Source: Atractiella rhizophila (Eukaryota). From it: 51,228 nucleotides of DNA. Position numbers and translations under genes: made by a program. This document shows, in pieces, positions 12,219 through 23,369 of the stretch. How positions within the stretch are numbered: the first letter of the stretch is position 1; every line of letters starts with the position of its first letter. The stretch lies in assembly GCA_021432655.1 (NCBI GenBank), contig MU271513.1:1-51228 (forward strand). The letters are read 5' to 3'. The notes under the pieces are model-generated. The model ran no database searches, had not been told where the DNA came from, and worked only from the letters and a program-made list of their open reading frames with translations.

Positions 12219-13183
12219 GCCAACTCCGAATCTGTAATCGGTTTCTCTTCCTCCCCGCCTCCTCTCTTCTCCTTCGCTCTTCTCTTCCCCTTCTGTCAAA
12301 GGTTTCGGGTCGCGATCCGGATCGGTAGCATCACGCACATAAATACCAAGCAGTCAGTTTATTCGTCCCATCCTTCTCTCATCTCATTTTACTCGCATAC
12401 ATACCTACATACGTATAAGTACCATTTCATTCCGTCCAATTCAAAATTCGCAGATCTTCGTCTTACCTTTCCATTTCTTACATACGTACCTACGTGCCGG
12501 TATTAATTTTTCAAAGTAAAAGTAGACCTTTTTCGCATTCTTCTTTCCTCGGTAGTATCCTCCAGGAGACTGCTGGATTGTTCGATGTGCCGAATGTTTT
12601 GTAGCCTTACGATTATGAGCAATTCGTACCGTCGTTCCTCAATTCTTGTGCCATTCGAGTCCGCTGACTTGCAATCCAACATTTACAGACTATTAACTCA
12701 AATAAGAGGGAGAGGGAATGGCGAGTGGAACAGATGGGGAAACATGAGTTACCAGAACTACAACATTAGGATTTCTTTATCGCCAGCGCGGCTGCATATA
12801 CGTACATCACGATTCGACACAAAACCGGAACAATTTGTTTCTCAACACGAACGACGGAATGTTACAAGTAGACCCATCCACTCAAAACATGTATTAAACC
12901 ATGGAATTGGGAGCCGCCTGAGGTCTTTGAGGGTCATGAAGAATGAACTGTGAAATCTGAACACTAGAGCTGGAGTCCACCCTTCTCATGCTTTCCATTC
13001 CATCCAGGAGGAAACGCGAACCAGACGATCATTGCATAATTAACTTTAGGGAACTGAAATAAAAGAAAGGGAAAGACGAAGGAAACAAACCTACAAAGTT
13101 GACGAAAGGCGAAAGACGACTTTCAGTTCAATCAACGCAACACTGCAAAAAAAGTGGTTGCCAATAATGATCGAAACGAATAT

Positions 13184-15432
13184 TCAATCTTTTCTCGATC
13201 CGGTGGGCCTAGAAAGAGCATCATTAAGGTTCCTCTGTCCTTCAGACGGCGTCGTCATCGACATTCCGGGAGGAAGAGGAGGGAGGGGACCTGTGAGCGG
13301 GGGGAGGTTCGCATTGGTGTCTGCCTTGGCATGGATCGTATTTCTGGCAGCGGATGCAGCGGTATCCTTCATGTTGCCCAAAGGACCCACATTACCACTC
13401 GTCGCCATCATTCCTGGTCCTCCGGCTTCTGCCAGCCCTCCGTAGCCAATTCCAGGGTTGGTGCTCGCATTTCCTCCTCTTCCCTGAGAAATGAGACCAT
13501 TTTGGTAATACAATCCCAAGCCGTACTCGCTACCCATTCTTCCTAGGTGATGTTGTTGGTAAGGAGACGTCAAGTAAGGTGCTCCGATCCCAGAAAGAGA
13601 AGACGGCACAGGGTTGGGAGATGTTGCAGGGTAAACAGAATGAGATGTTCTGTACGAAGCTGACCCAAAACCGATATTGGGGGAGTGATATGTATAGTAA
13701 GGATCATTCACCGAAAGTCCATCCATGCTTGGAGAACCAAGCCAAGATGGATTAGGAGAACCGACGGAGAGTACGGGAGAAGCGCCGAAGAGATGGTGTG
13801 GGATGTATGGGGAGCTCAGAGGAGAGCCGGAAAATTTGGCGCTTCTAACGCTGCCGATCGAAGACCAAGGAGAGGAGGTGGATCCAGGTGTAAAAGCTGC
13901 AAGGCTCTCTTGCGTCATTGGAGTGGACGGAGCGGAGCTGAAGTTCGACATTGGGGAGAAGGAACGGAAACGAGACCCGGGAGACCTGTTAGATGACCAG
14001 TTGTGGTTAGGGCTCTGTTTCAACCAATGCTGTTTAGTGAAATGGATAGAAGCGATGAAGAAAAGCTCACCACATCTTCTTTCGCAGCCCACCACGAGGC
14101 TCGAAGTCCCTTCCAGCCATTCAGAGCCTTGATAACTGTATCCGCATCCTCCCTCTTCTCAAACGTCAACTTCCCAGCCAACCAATCCCACTCCAAGACC
14201 TTTCCGCTTAGACAGAGCTCCTCCAATTTCTCCACAATCTCCTCCTTCTTTACTCCAGCCTCTCCGGTTGTCCCAACTCCCTCAAGGCAAACATTCCAAG
14301 TGAGAGCCGCCCAGCCAGCACTGTTGGGCTTGTTCATTTTCCTGTTGCTCGCAGAAGATGGAGGATCGAGAGTGAAAGACGATTTCTTGACATTCCTCGT
14401 TTCAGTCCTTACGATCGGATTGCCGGACCTCTGGACGAGAGCGAAGGATACGTCGAGTTGGTATGATCTGATGGTCGAATTATTGATTACCTTCTTTGCC
14501 GCCGCGGCTGCTTCAGGAGTAGCCATATCAATGAAAGCTCGACGTCTATTCTCCAGGTCGTACACTTGATCAACAATACGAACGGATGAATCAAGAGATG
14601 ACGCACCTTCCAACTCCGTCCAATGTAGCAAGAATACAACAATGAGCGACATCCCCGAATTTTTCGAAAAGCGCAATCAATTCTTCGGGCTTCATGTCCA
14701 AAGGCAAGTTCAAGATATACAGATTTCGTTGCTGTCCTTCAGGAATGGGGGCGGCGATGGGAGAGAGAGACAGAGCGGCGCCGCCCAGCTTGGGAGAAGG
14801 CATTGCGGACGCTGACATTCCGGAAATGGGCAAAAGCAAATTGGCATTGTCGACGTATGCGCCTGGAGCAGGGGTAGGAGGCGGCGTTCCCGTAGGAGGA
14901 GAAGCGTATTTGACATGTCTGCGCGCAGGTAGTGATGTCAGTAGATGTAGATGTCGAAGGTGGGGAGGAGACGCACATTCCCTTTCCAAAGAGAATTGTC
15001 TCATCTAGTTGTTCAGCAGCGCGTTTCGCATCTTCGGGTCGGGAGAAGATGAAGGCGACTCCAACTGGATTTGGCGCAGAGGAAAGAATAGTTCCTGTCG
15101 AATGAAGGTTATAGCCTGCACATGGGAGGCCGGGGATCTGTGACGAACCAAATGGCTTAAACAGGCTGAGAAGAAAATGTTCTTGCACTATTTCGATATT
15201 TCCTTCGTGAATAAAGCAGTTCCGGCGAGAGAAGAAGAAGAAATAACGGACCATCCTCTGGTATTCTCGTCACATAGACGGTTCTTTTCGCCACATCTCC
15301 AGAATCTTGAACTTCTTGAGCAGGAGCGACCAATCCGTTTGATATCGGCGCAGTGATATCAGGGATGCTGGGATCGCTTTCCTCAACGATTGACTCGAGT
15401 GGAGACACGATATTATCCACGTCAGGATTCAT
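13184..15432 (-). CDS. Multi-RRM RNA-binding protein (about 3 RRMs) with a Ser/Pro/Gly-rich C-terminus, multi-exon
   Basis: RRM-like segments RTVYVTRIP...AFIFSRPEDAKRAAEQLD, RNLYILNLPLDMKPEELIALFEKFGDV...AFIDMATPEAAAAAKKVIN...LDVSFA, and LTFEKREDADTVIKALNGW. TATAAAA near 15586-15592. Confidence 0.8.
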
Positions 15433-17859
15433 ATCGAATGCTGATAGAGATGAACTCGGTTAGCAGATTGTAGTATTCGGCCAAGATGTCTCGCAGTGAG
15501 AGGAAAAGGCGAATCGGTGGAGCAAGGCAAGGGCGGGTGGCAAGAGGGAAAGAGGGGGACTGGGGATTTGTTCTGGGGAGAGGGCTTTTATACGCGTCAT
15601 GTTGAGAAAGTGAAGTGAGACTGAGACGCGTTAAGCTTCGCTACTCGAGAGTGAGACATTCCACCATTTATTCTCCACGTGTCGGTTCCGATAACACGTA
15701 ATATTTCCCCGACGCTAGCATTAGTTCTCAATCAGCGGAGGCAGCCGTTTCTCCAGCCATTCCCATCTTCCCAGCTATCTACTCACTGTTTCCGTGAATA
15801 TTCTCCAGACGCATCCACGAATCGTTCTTTTCCTAGTAGTTAGCCAACATTTCAGGTGTCCTAGAGTGGTGAAAGACCTCGCTGACCTTTGCGCTCTCCA
15901 AAACTCTCAACATAGCAAGGGAAAAGGAAACTGAGTGACTGGGGAGGGAGACTCTTCAAGTTGCAGGAAGGCGTTCCCACCGCGTTTCCCAGACTTCCGC
16001 TTTCCCACAGCACGATACGAAGGTCGAGCCGTCGGTTCTTGGTGACCCCTTCATCGCGTCTTCTTCTGCCATCGGCTGCAGCATCGTGGTGAGTTATATC
16101 TCTAATAGTCTATCTTGCAAGATTCTCCGCTTGGCTCGACTCTGATTTGAGACCTTTTTGGGATCCAATCTTTCACATATTGATGAAGTCGCAGAAAAGT
16201 TAAGGAATAGAAGGAGGGGGAAATGAAATCATTGCCATCGGGTCTATTACGCTGATTTCTCTCTTCTTCCTTGGCAAATTTTTAGCCCTGAAAAGAAAGA
16301 ACCTGTTATACAAAGGATATTCATCCCTGACTCTCAGACCCGCTTTCCTGTGTATCATTTCAAAGTAATCGTGGGAAGGAATGCAGACAATGTCGAGTAA
16401 CCTCATCCGCAAACCACTTGTGGCATTTGAATCGCCAACCCTCTAGGCGAAACGCACCCAGCCGTTGGTAGAAAGGAGTGATGTATGAAGGCCAACAAAG
16501 ATGAAGATTGATGATGTCACTTGCAGGCCTTGAAACACCACAATCTGGACCAGACATAAAAATGAGGGCTCATCGACCAGTAGTCGGAGGGTTCCCCATT
16601 GCAAAGAAGAGTCGGCATCGTCCAAACCCCATACGGCGTGGGGATAAGAGACGCTCACGATGCCTCCATCTCATTTTGATCTGTTACGGCAGATTCGTCA
16701 CATTTTCAGCGGCAGCGTGTTCAATACGTGCAATTGGAAGAGTGCATTTCATATTGACATAGAAGGGAGAACGAGCAGTAGGGTAAGGGAAGGATGAATG
16801 AAACAATTAGCGCAGATGAGGGATACTGTAATTGCAAAGCTGTTACCTCTTGTACAAGCATTCCTGTGCACAAGGCCTTAAATCAGCTCCACCAGCTGGA
16901 CACTAGTTGTAGCTAGATCTAGTTGAAATGCTGAAACGATCTGAAAGGATGACGCGGAAACTTTGTCAGCTTCGTCTGCAGGTGGACTTCCGCCTGAGGG
17001 AAAATGGAAACCGCGCGTCTTTCCGTTACCGAAGATGGTCGAGGTTCAACGTGTTTGCTCACGGAATGGATAGACTCTTGCTCGACTTGCAAACGATAGG
17101 CACGACAACAAGCAGTGTGCTTTCGATCTGGCAATCACCAAAGGTCTGACTTTCACTGGCAAGGGAGGTCAGATGGGATGCCGTATGAAATGAAATAATT
17201 AGATGGTAGAACTGGAGGCAAGAGGATGAATGTGCTTGCGAATTGGGAGGTGGATTTGACATGGACAGGAGGATGCGTTTCAACAAAGCCTTCGCTCCAG
17301 GGGGACATTTGAGCAAAACGTAAAGAATGCGGAGGCGTAGCTGTTTGCCCAAACGAAAGTGCAAACGAAGGTGCTACATTTGCGAGAGCTCTCAATGATT
17401 TTACAGATGGGACAGATTGGTATCGACTTCATCCATTTGATCCCCAACGACATGCAAGACGACACACGTAGAAGGGCAAGTTTCCTCATGTCACAGCATA
17501 GAATGGAGAGAACAACTGAGCGTCTCTAGGATCCTGCTTGGGTCGTTCTGGTTGATTCAATGGGGCATTGCTCTTCCATAACTAGATGACAGCGCAGAAA
17601 ATTCTGCATACTACGGAGTAAAACCACCCACAGCATCATCTACCAAAAGAGCAAGTAAATGTATTTCCCAATCTCTGTACCTAGCATAACGAATATACAA
17701 ATGGTTCACGCACCTTGGCCAGTCCGGCTGCTCTTTCCGTTTACAGTCCAAATGCAGCTTCTGTTCATCAGGGACTTACTACAGTCTATTTATCCACAAG
17801 CTTTTAGCATCTGGGCGATGGTTGACTTCGGAAGATTAACGTGGCAATCTTTAAGCCAC

Positions 17860-17899
17860 TGTAAACAGACACAAACAAACCAATTTTGTGGTATATATA
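17860..17899 (+). promoter_or_regulatory. Upstream elements of ncRNA copy B (TGTAAACA, TATATATA)
   Basis: TGTAAACA at 17860-17867 and TATATATA at 17892-17899. This aligns with the upstream region of copy A (TTTGTGGTATATATA is shared). Confidence 0.55.
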
Positions 17900-17937
17900 G
17901 ATGGTTCTGCAGTATATTTTACACGATGCACCATTCT

Positions 17938-18035
17938 GCGTTCTTGGCTCAGTGGTAGACGACTCGGAAGCCGTTCGCCAGTCCTCGGGGGCCCCAACGA
18001 GTCCTGGGTTCGGAGCACCGTCTCGTCTCTTTTTT
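17938..18035 (+). ncRNA. Pol III hairpin ncRNA, copy B
   Basis: GCGTTCT-TGGCTCAGTGG (A box), GGTTCGGAGC (B-box-like), T6 terminator at 18030-18035. Stems AGACGA/TCGTCT, CCAG/CTGG and CTCG/CGAG. Confidence 0.7.
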
Positions 18036-18603
18036 CACCTCTGACAACTACAACCAAACAAAGCCCATCTCCCTTTTTACTTCCTTTTTTTGTATTGGTA
18101 ACTGCTTTCCTCTTTTTACATTCCATCTGAAGTGCTTACGAAGACCGCTGCTTTTTGCACCTTGTCGAATGTCAACATTCAGGATATTCCGATTACTGAA
18201 TGGAAGAATTGAACATTATGGGCCGGGGCAGGCAAGTTCCTGGGAGAGTGCATTGAAGTGAAATCCATAGTATCACTTTTACATGGTACTCTAGTATGAA
18301 GAGAGAAACGAAACTAAATGAAGGGGGATGGGAGTTGAGGAAAAAGCGAGAGAACGCAGAATGAGATGAAACGCTTTTTGACTTGTAAGGTTTTGTATAC
18401 AATTCCAAATCAGTGCACTGATCTCAGAAACAGTGGGGAATATCCAATCCTATAGACAAGTTTGAAGCTTAGAGAGATTATATTTGAACAACAGACCAAT
18501 CCATGTTGAATTCGATCGACCAAGATTTAAATAGCTAGGAAGATTGTCGGGAATTGTAAGAATATCATGGAGCATGGTACACAGGAAGCCAGAAGCGGTT
18601 GCG

Positions 18604-21600
18604 TTATCCAAGGAGGGCCCTGCCGATTTTCTTCTTTGCTCGAAAGACTTCAAACTTTGCACCAACCTTGAAGCTATCGAGACCTGCTCCAACTTGTCAG
18701 CTCAGTTAACCAGTAAAATAGTTAAACAATGACTTCTTCTCAAGCCGTAATTCATGTCCTTGAATCCCTCACTGAGGGATCCAGTCCCTCGGAGCTCGTT
18801 ATTTTCTGTGGCGCTCCGTATCATACCGGCAGGATCGGTACTCTTCTTCCTCTTTGTCTTTGGCTTCTTCCCACCTCCTCTGGTGCTTTGACTATGACCC
18901 TTCTCGCCACCCGACGGATCGAAGTCATGACCCTCTTCTGGAATGCCATACAGGTCCACTGATTGCTTCGACGGTGTACTAACAGCAGTTTCTCCCTTCT
19001 TCCCAAGGAAGTTGCTTTCGAGCACCGGCGGCGGCAGAGAATCGTCACTGTCGTCGTCGCGGCCAACGTCATAACCCCCTGCGGTGTCGTTGTTGAAGTC
19101 TCTCCTATCGTACTCTTCCTCCTCTAGCGGAGCCCGGCTTAGAAGGCCGTCATCACCACGATACGCTCCAATTGCCATCGCAGACGAACGACTACGCCAC
19201 CTTCCCCCGTCCTTCGCAGTCTCCTCTAACCGGCTGAGATCCATGGAGGCTCGTTGAGCTCGTTCGACATCAGAATCATCGATTCGAGAACCGACATGCA
19301 TTCGCGACGGTACGGAAGAGACGCTTCCGACACCCAAGGAGGCATATACGGATCGTTTGTCCAGTTTCGACGGGGACGTCGAAGAGGTTGACGGAAGGGA
19401 GGGGTTGTCTCCATCGCCAGTGGATATGGAAGTCTTCCGTTGAGCATTGGGATTGAGGATAGACTGACGCTTTTCTTTTCGAATAGTAGCTTCCATGAGG
19501 GACGACTTCACGGAATTTCCGCGATTGGGATCGACACGCAGTAGGTCATTTCGAGCATCGCTTTTCGTGTTCCCTGCCCTTTGCTCAGCAATTCATATTG
19601 CACTAGTCAAGGTGTGCTTACCCCATAACCGATCCCCAGCACTTGTATCTGTGACGTTCTTCGGACGATAGGAAGGGGCAGTGGGGACCAGTTTCTCAAA
19701 GCGTAGGTCCTTTCCTACAGTTCTTGGTGCAACGGGGACAACGAGTTGAGGGGTATAAGATGAGGATGATATGCTGGCTGCTCGAAGCAGACCTCCTTGG
19801 AAACCTCCACCCCCTCCACCTCCGGATAAAAGTGGCGACTTCATGGTATCCGAGGCCAGTCTACCCCGCCCTCCACCGAAGGTGGTAGAGGAGGTTGACA
19901 CGCCGGAGGCGTAACGTGAGAGGGGAGGTGCATTGTCTGATGCGACGCGGTTCTTTGACTCGTATCCACTACCACCATAATGTCGTCCACTCATTCGCTC
20001 CAGGCGCTCGCGCTGGCGTTGTTCTCGTAATCGTTCCCTTTCTTCCCTCTCCGCTTGACGATCGCGAATCGACTTCGGACTGCCCCTCCGAGGTGCCGAG
20101 TTGAAGGAACCGCTGCCATTCCCTAATGTTGAAGTGTATGAATTCTTCCTATGGTTCATTACAGCCGGGAATCTTTCGCCAGAGGAGGAAGATGAGGCTG
20201 AAGATGCAACGGATTCTGAGTCGGACGTGGTTCGTTTCGAGTTACGTCGTGGGAGATTTGGGGTCGCTCCACGAAACTGTGTATCTGTGAATTTGGTCAG
20301 CAACTGTGTAGTGAACAAATGCTCTTTGCAAAAGCATCCGAGTAATCAGGAGCGCTCATGTATAAGAAGAGAGGCTTGGAATGTTAGCTCTCCTCTGTAC
20401 TAAATGTAGAAACCTTCGCAACTCTGTCATATAACAAACCATGCAGTGAAACACGTCACGCACATTCAAGGGGCTCCTGGCTGCCACCATCATGTTTTGT
20501 AGCTGGATCGTTTGCTAGGTTACACTGTTTCATGAACCGTTCAACGAAGCTTCATGGCTCGCGAACTCACATCCGCTCAATGATACGACTTTAGCTTTAT
20601 TGGTGAAGGAATGGGACATCTCATATAAAGCTTTCCGGTCAAACGTTTCCGCTCGTCTAATCAGCGCATACCTAACTAAGGCTAGAACGCCGCACTTGCA
20701 CTCTCTATCACTTCTTGTTTGTTGGCCACTGGCAGACCTGATCCTACCTTGCGGCAGGGATCAAACACTTAAGTCTGCTATCCACAACTCTGGAAGAGGC
20801 TGAAGAGTATTATGAATGTTTCTATGATGCGTAACAGGTTGTTCACACCTCCCGCACAGAATTTGTCGTAAGTAGTTTAATACATCCAGTAACTAAGAGC
20901 ACAAAGCCCAGATGATGCGATAGAGCCTCGTTTGCACCGTATATGTGAAGCGTTCGGACTCGCAGCACAGAACACATCGAGCACATCCACCAACTTTCGA
21001 GGTAGATGCAAGAACAGGAATAAAGCAGACATTGTTCTTCCACCAGAACCCGCGATATGCATCTATGCACGAGTATTACGCATAGTGAATCTAGAGGCAC
21101 ACTTCCAAATGCTTCCACCGAGCAGTGACGCAACGGCCGCTTGGCTCCAGCTCTAACACGCCCCTCTACTGTGGGCAGCAAATGTCAACACCCGGAGGCG
21201 TTAGCAAGCAGTTAACTGTGAAATGAAATGTGAATGAATGCGAAAACCAAAGGGAGAAATATGGAGTGAAAACATTGTGTGATGAGAAGTGGCTTGGCTC
21301 TCCGCCGGCGGTTCACTAAATCCGACGTTTGTATTTGGCAAGCAGCGGCATTTTAGCTACTGAGTCTCCGCCTGAAATCGCCTCGATAAGAAAGATGGAA
21401 GATGAAGGTAGCAGCAATGTAAACCGCTGAAAGAGACATCTTCCTTCGCTCAAAACCTCTCCATACTTCGGTGGCAGAAAGGAAGGTAGACATACGTTCA
21501 AGATCGTGTTCGATCCCTTCTAGCTCCACATCCCTCCTCCCACCTCTCACATTCCCGGGCTTTGAGAGTTCATCTTCCCTCTCCCTCCTCTCTCTCCGCG

Positions 21601-21816
21601 TTCCAAGCTTTGCTCCCAACTTGGTGTGATGTAGGGTTCCTTTCGAGTCCGTGTATCCCACTGGATCATCCACACATACTCAGCTAATTTTCCACCGCAC
21701 AAACGGACAAAAAGGTATATACCGGGCACTGGAGAAGCGGAGGGCTTGACAAGCTTCGTCCGTGAGGAAGACTGAGAGGTGTACGAGGTCGGAGTAAGAA
21801 GGGTCTGGGTAGTCAT
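18604..21816 (-). CDS. Hypothetical low-complexity (Ser/Gly/Arg-rich, probably disordered) protein, about 5 exons
   Basis: ORFs 19593-20318 and 18702-19511 join in phase through GT-AG introns. The last exon ends SLDSFKVGAKFEVFRAKKKIGRALLG* (TAA at 18604-18606). The 5' exons from ATG 21816 join in phase across a 1211-nt intron (20285-21495), but this 5' model is less certain. TATA-like sequence near 21877-21889. Confidence 0.6.
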
Positions 21817-22405
21817 TTCCTTGGGTGGGTCTCATTCGTCTGCAGGCATGAATATGGCCAGGAGATGAGAAGATATTATAGAATATATAGTATGATAGCG
21901 AGTTGGCAGGGAGCGGTGGTCGATGTCGGAGGCATGCAGTGTGAGCGTGAGTGAAAGAACCCGCATGTCCGGAAAAGGGAGCGGCCGAAGTCACGTGGTG
22001 TCAATGCACTCCTGCTGCGTCCAAGTTTTCATGACAAGCAGCACTCAGCTCAGCGGAGGGTCACAGCCAACTCCTCCGTATGTGAATCCGGAGAGCGAGC
22101 TCTGAGGATTTGAAGTGGGAAGACTGTCGAGCTGACTTATGCATCGCAAAGAAGCATCATGTTATGTTCCGGATGAAAGCATCATCTGTGGATGTTATCG
22201 GATAGCTGATACAACATGAGATGAGTTTGGTTTGCGAATAGAATACAGTAACTTTTAACTTGTACACAATGGAGGTTCGTCATGTTGACATCGGAGCATT
22301 AACATTCTCCACATAGTGCTCGGTCCAAACAAGACAAATAGATGTAAACAAGAGGAAACTTTAGTAAATGTACCTGGTTTCAAGTGCACAGGTATTGCCA
22401 TTTAT

Positions 22406-22500
22406 GCGTTCTTGGTGTAGTGGTAGAGACGTCATCAGGGTAGCTTCCTCGAGGGCCCCAACGATTCCTGGGTTCGAGTTGCGCCAGTAGGTCTCTTTTT
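22406..22500 (+). ncRNA. Pol III hairpin ncRNA, copy C
   Basis: GCGTTCT-TGGTGTAGTGG (A box), GGTTCGAGT (B box), T5 at 22496-22500 and a backup T7 at 22517-22523. Closing stem AGAGAC/GTCTCT and shared GGGCCCCAAC core. Upstream TGTAAACA at 22343. Confidence 0.65.
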
Positions 22501-23266
22501 GTTGCTCGACAGTGGCTTTTTTTAGGCTTGTACCCTGCTTGTATAATGAATTCTTACTGTGAATCTTATGCGAACAACACTTAAGTCGGCAGAATTGAGG
22601 ATACGAAGCACAAATTTCCAAATCATGCAGTCATTCCACTCTTCTAAACTAAAAAGATGACAGTAACCCAACAGTCTCCGTGTCACTGATCCCTTCTACT
22701 CGCATCTACAACACATATTTCTCACTTAAGACCACTCATTACAGCACTCCAGGAGACAATGATGTATTTGAATGGTACCTGCAGAGATTACAGAAGATGC
22801 AGTGTGAGCGTGAGTGAAAGAACCCGCATGTCCGGAAAAGGGAGCGGCCGAAGTCACGTGGTGTCAATGCTCTCCTGCGCTCAAGTTTTCATGACGAGCA
22901 GCACTCAGCATGAGGATCACAGCCAAGTCCCTCCGTATGAGAATCGTGAGAGCGAGCTCTGAGGATTTGAGATGGAAAGACGGTCGAGCTGATTTATGCA
23001 ATGCAAAGAAGCATAATGTTATACTCCGGATGAAAGCATCATCTGTGGATGTTATCGGATAGCTGGTATACGGCATGAGATGAGTTTTTTGGTTTGCGAA
23101 TGGAATACAGTAACTTTTAACTTGTACACTGGAGGGTCGTCATGTTGACATCGGAGCATTAACATTCTCCACATGATGCTCGGTCCAAACTAGAATAAAT
23201 AGATGTAAACAACAGGAAACTTTGGTATATGTACGTGGTTTCAAGTGCATTCGTATTGCCATTTAT

Positions 23267-23369
23267 GTGTTCTTGGTGTAGTGGTAGAGACGTTATCAGG
23301 TAGCCGTTCACCAGTCCTCGAGGGCCCCAACGAGTCCTGGGTTCGAGTTGCGCCCGGAGGTCTCTTTTT
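23267..23369 (+). ncRNA. Pol III hairpin ncRNA, copy D
   Basis: GTGTTCT-TGGTGTAGTGG (A box), GGTTCGAGT (B box), T5 at 23365-23369 and a downstream T9. Stems AGAGAC/GTCTCT, CCAG/CTGG and CTCG/CGAG. Upstream TGTAAACA at 23204 and GTATATGTA at 23225. Confidence 0.7.

Noticed and set aside
16000..17800. Short ORFs in the 16-17.8 kb interval (similarly 31.1-32.3 kb and 44.3-45.8 kb)
   Set aside because: No motifs, no coherent exon chain and no repeat or transposon hallmarks were recognised, so these were left as intergenic.
17938..18035. Calling the A/B-box elements tRNA genes
   Set aside because: No D-stem or T-stem complementarity and no 3' strand for a 7-bp acceptor stem in any of the four copies. 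The conserved fold is a single hairpin.
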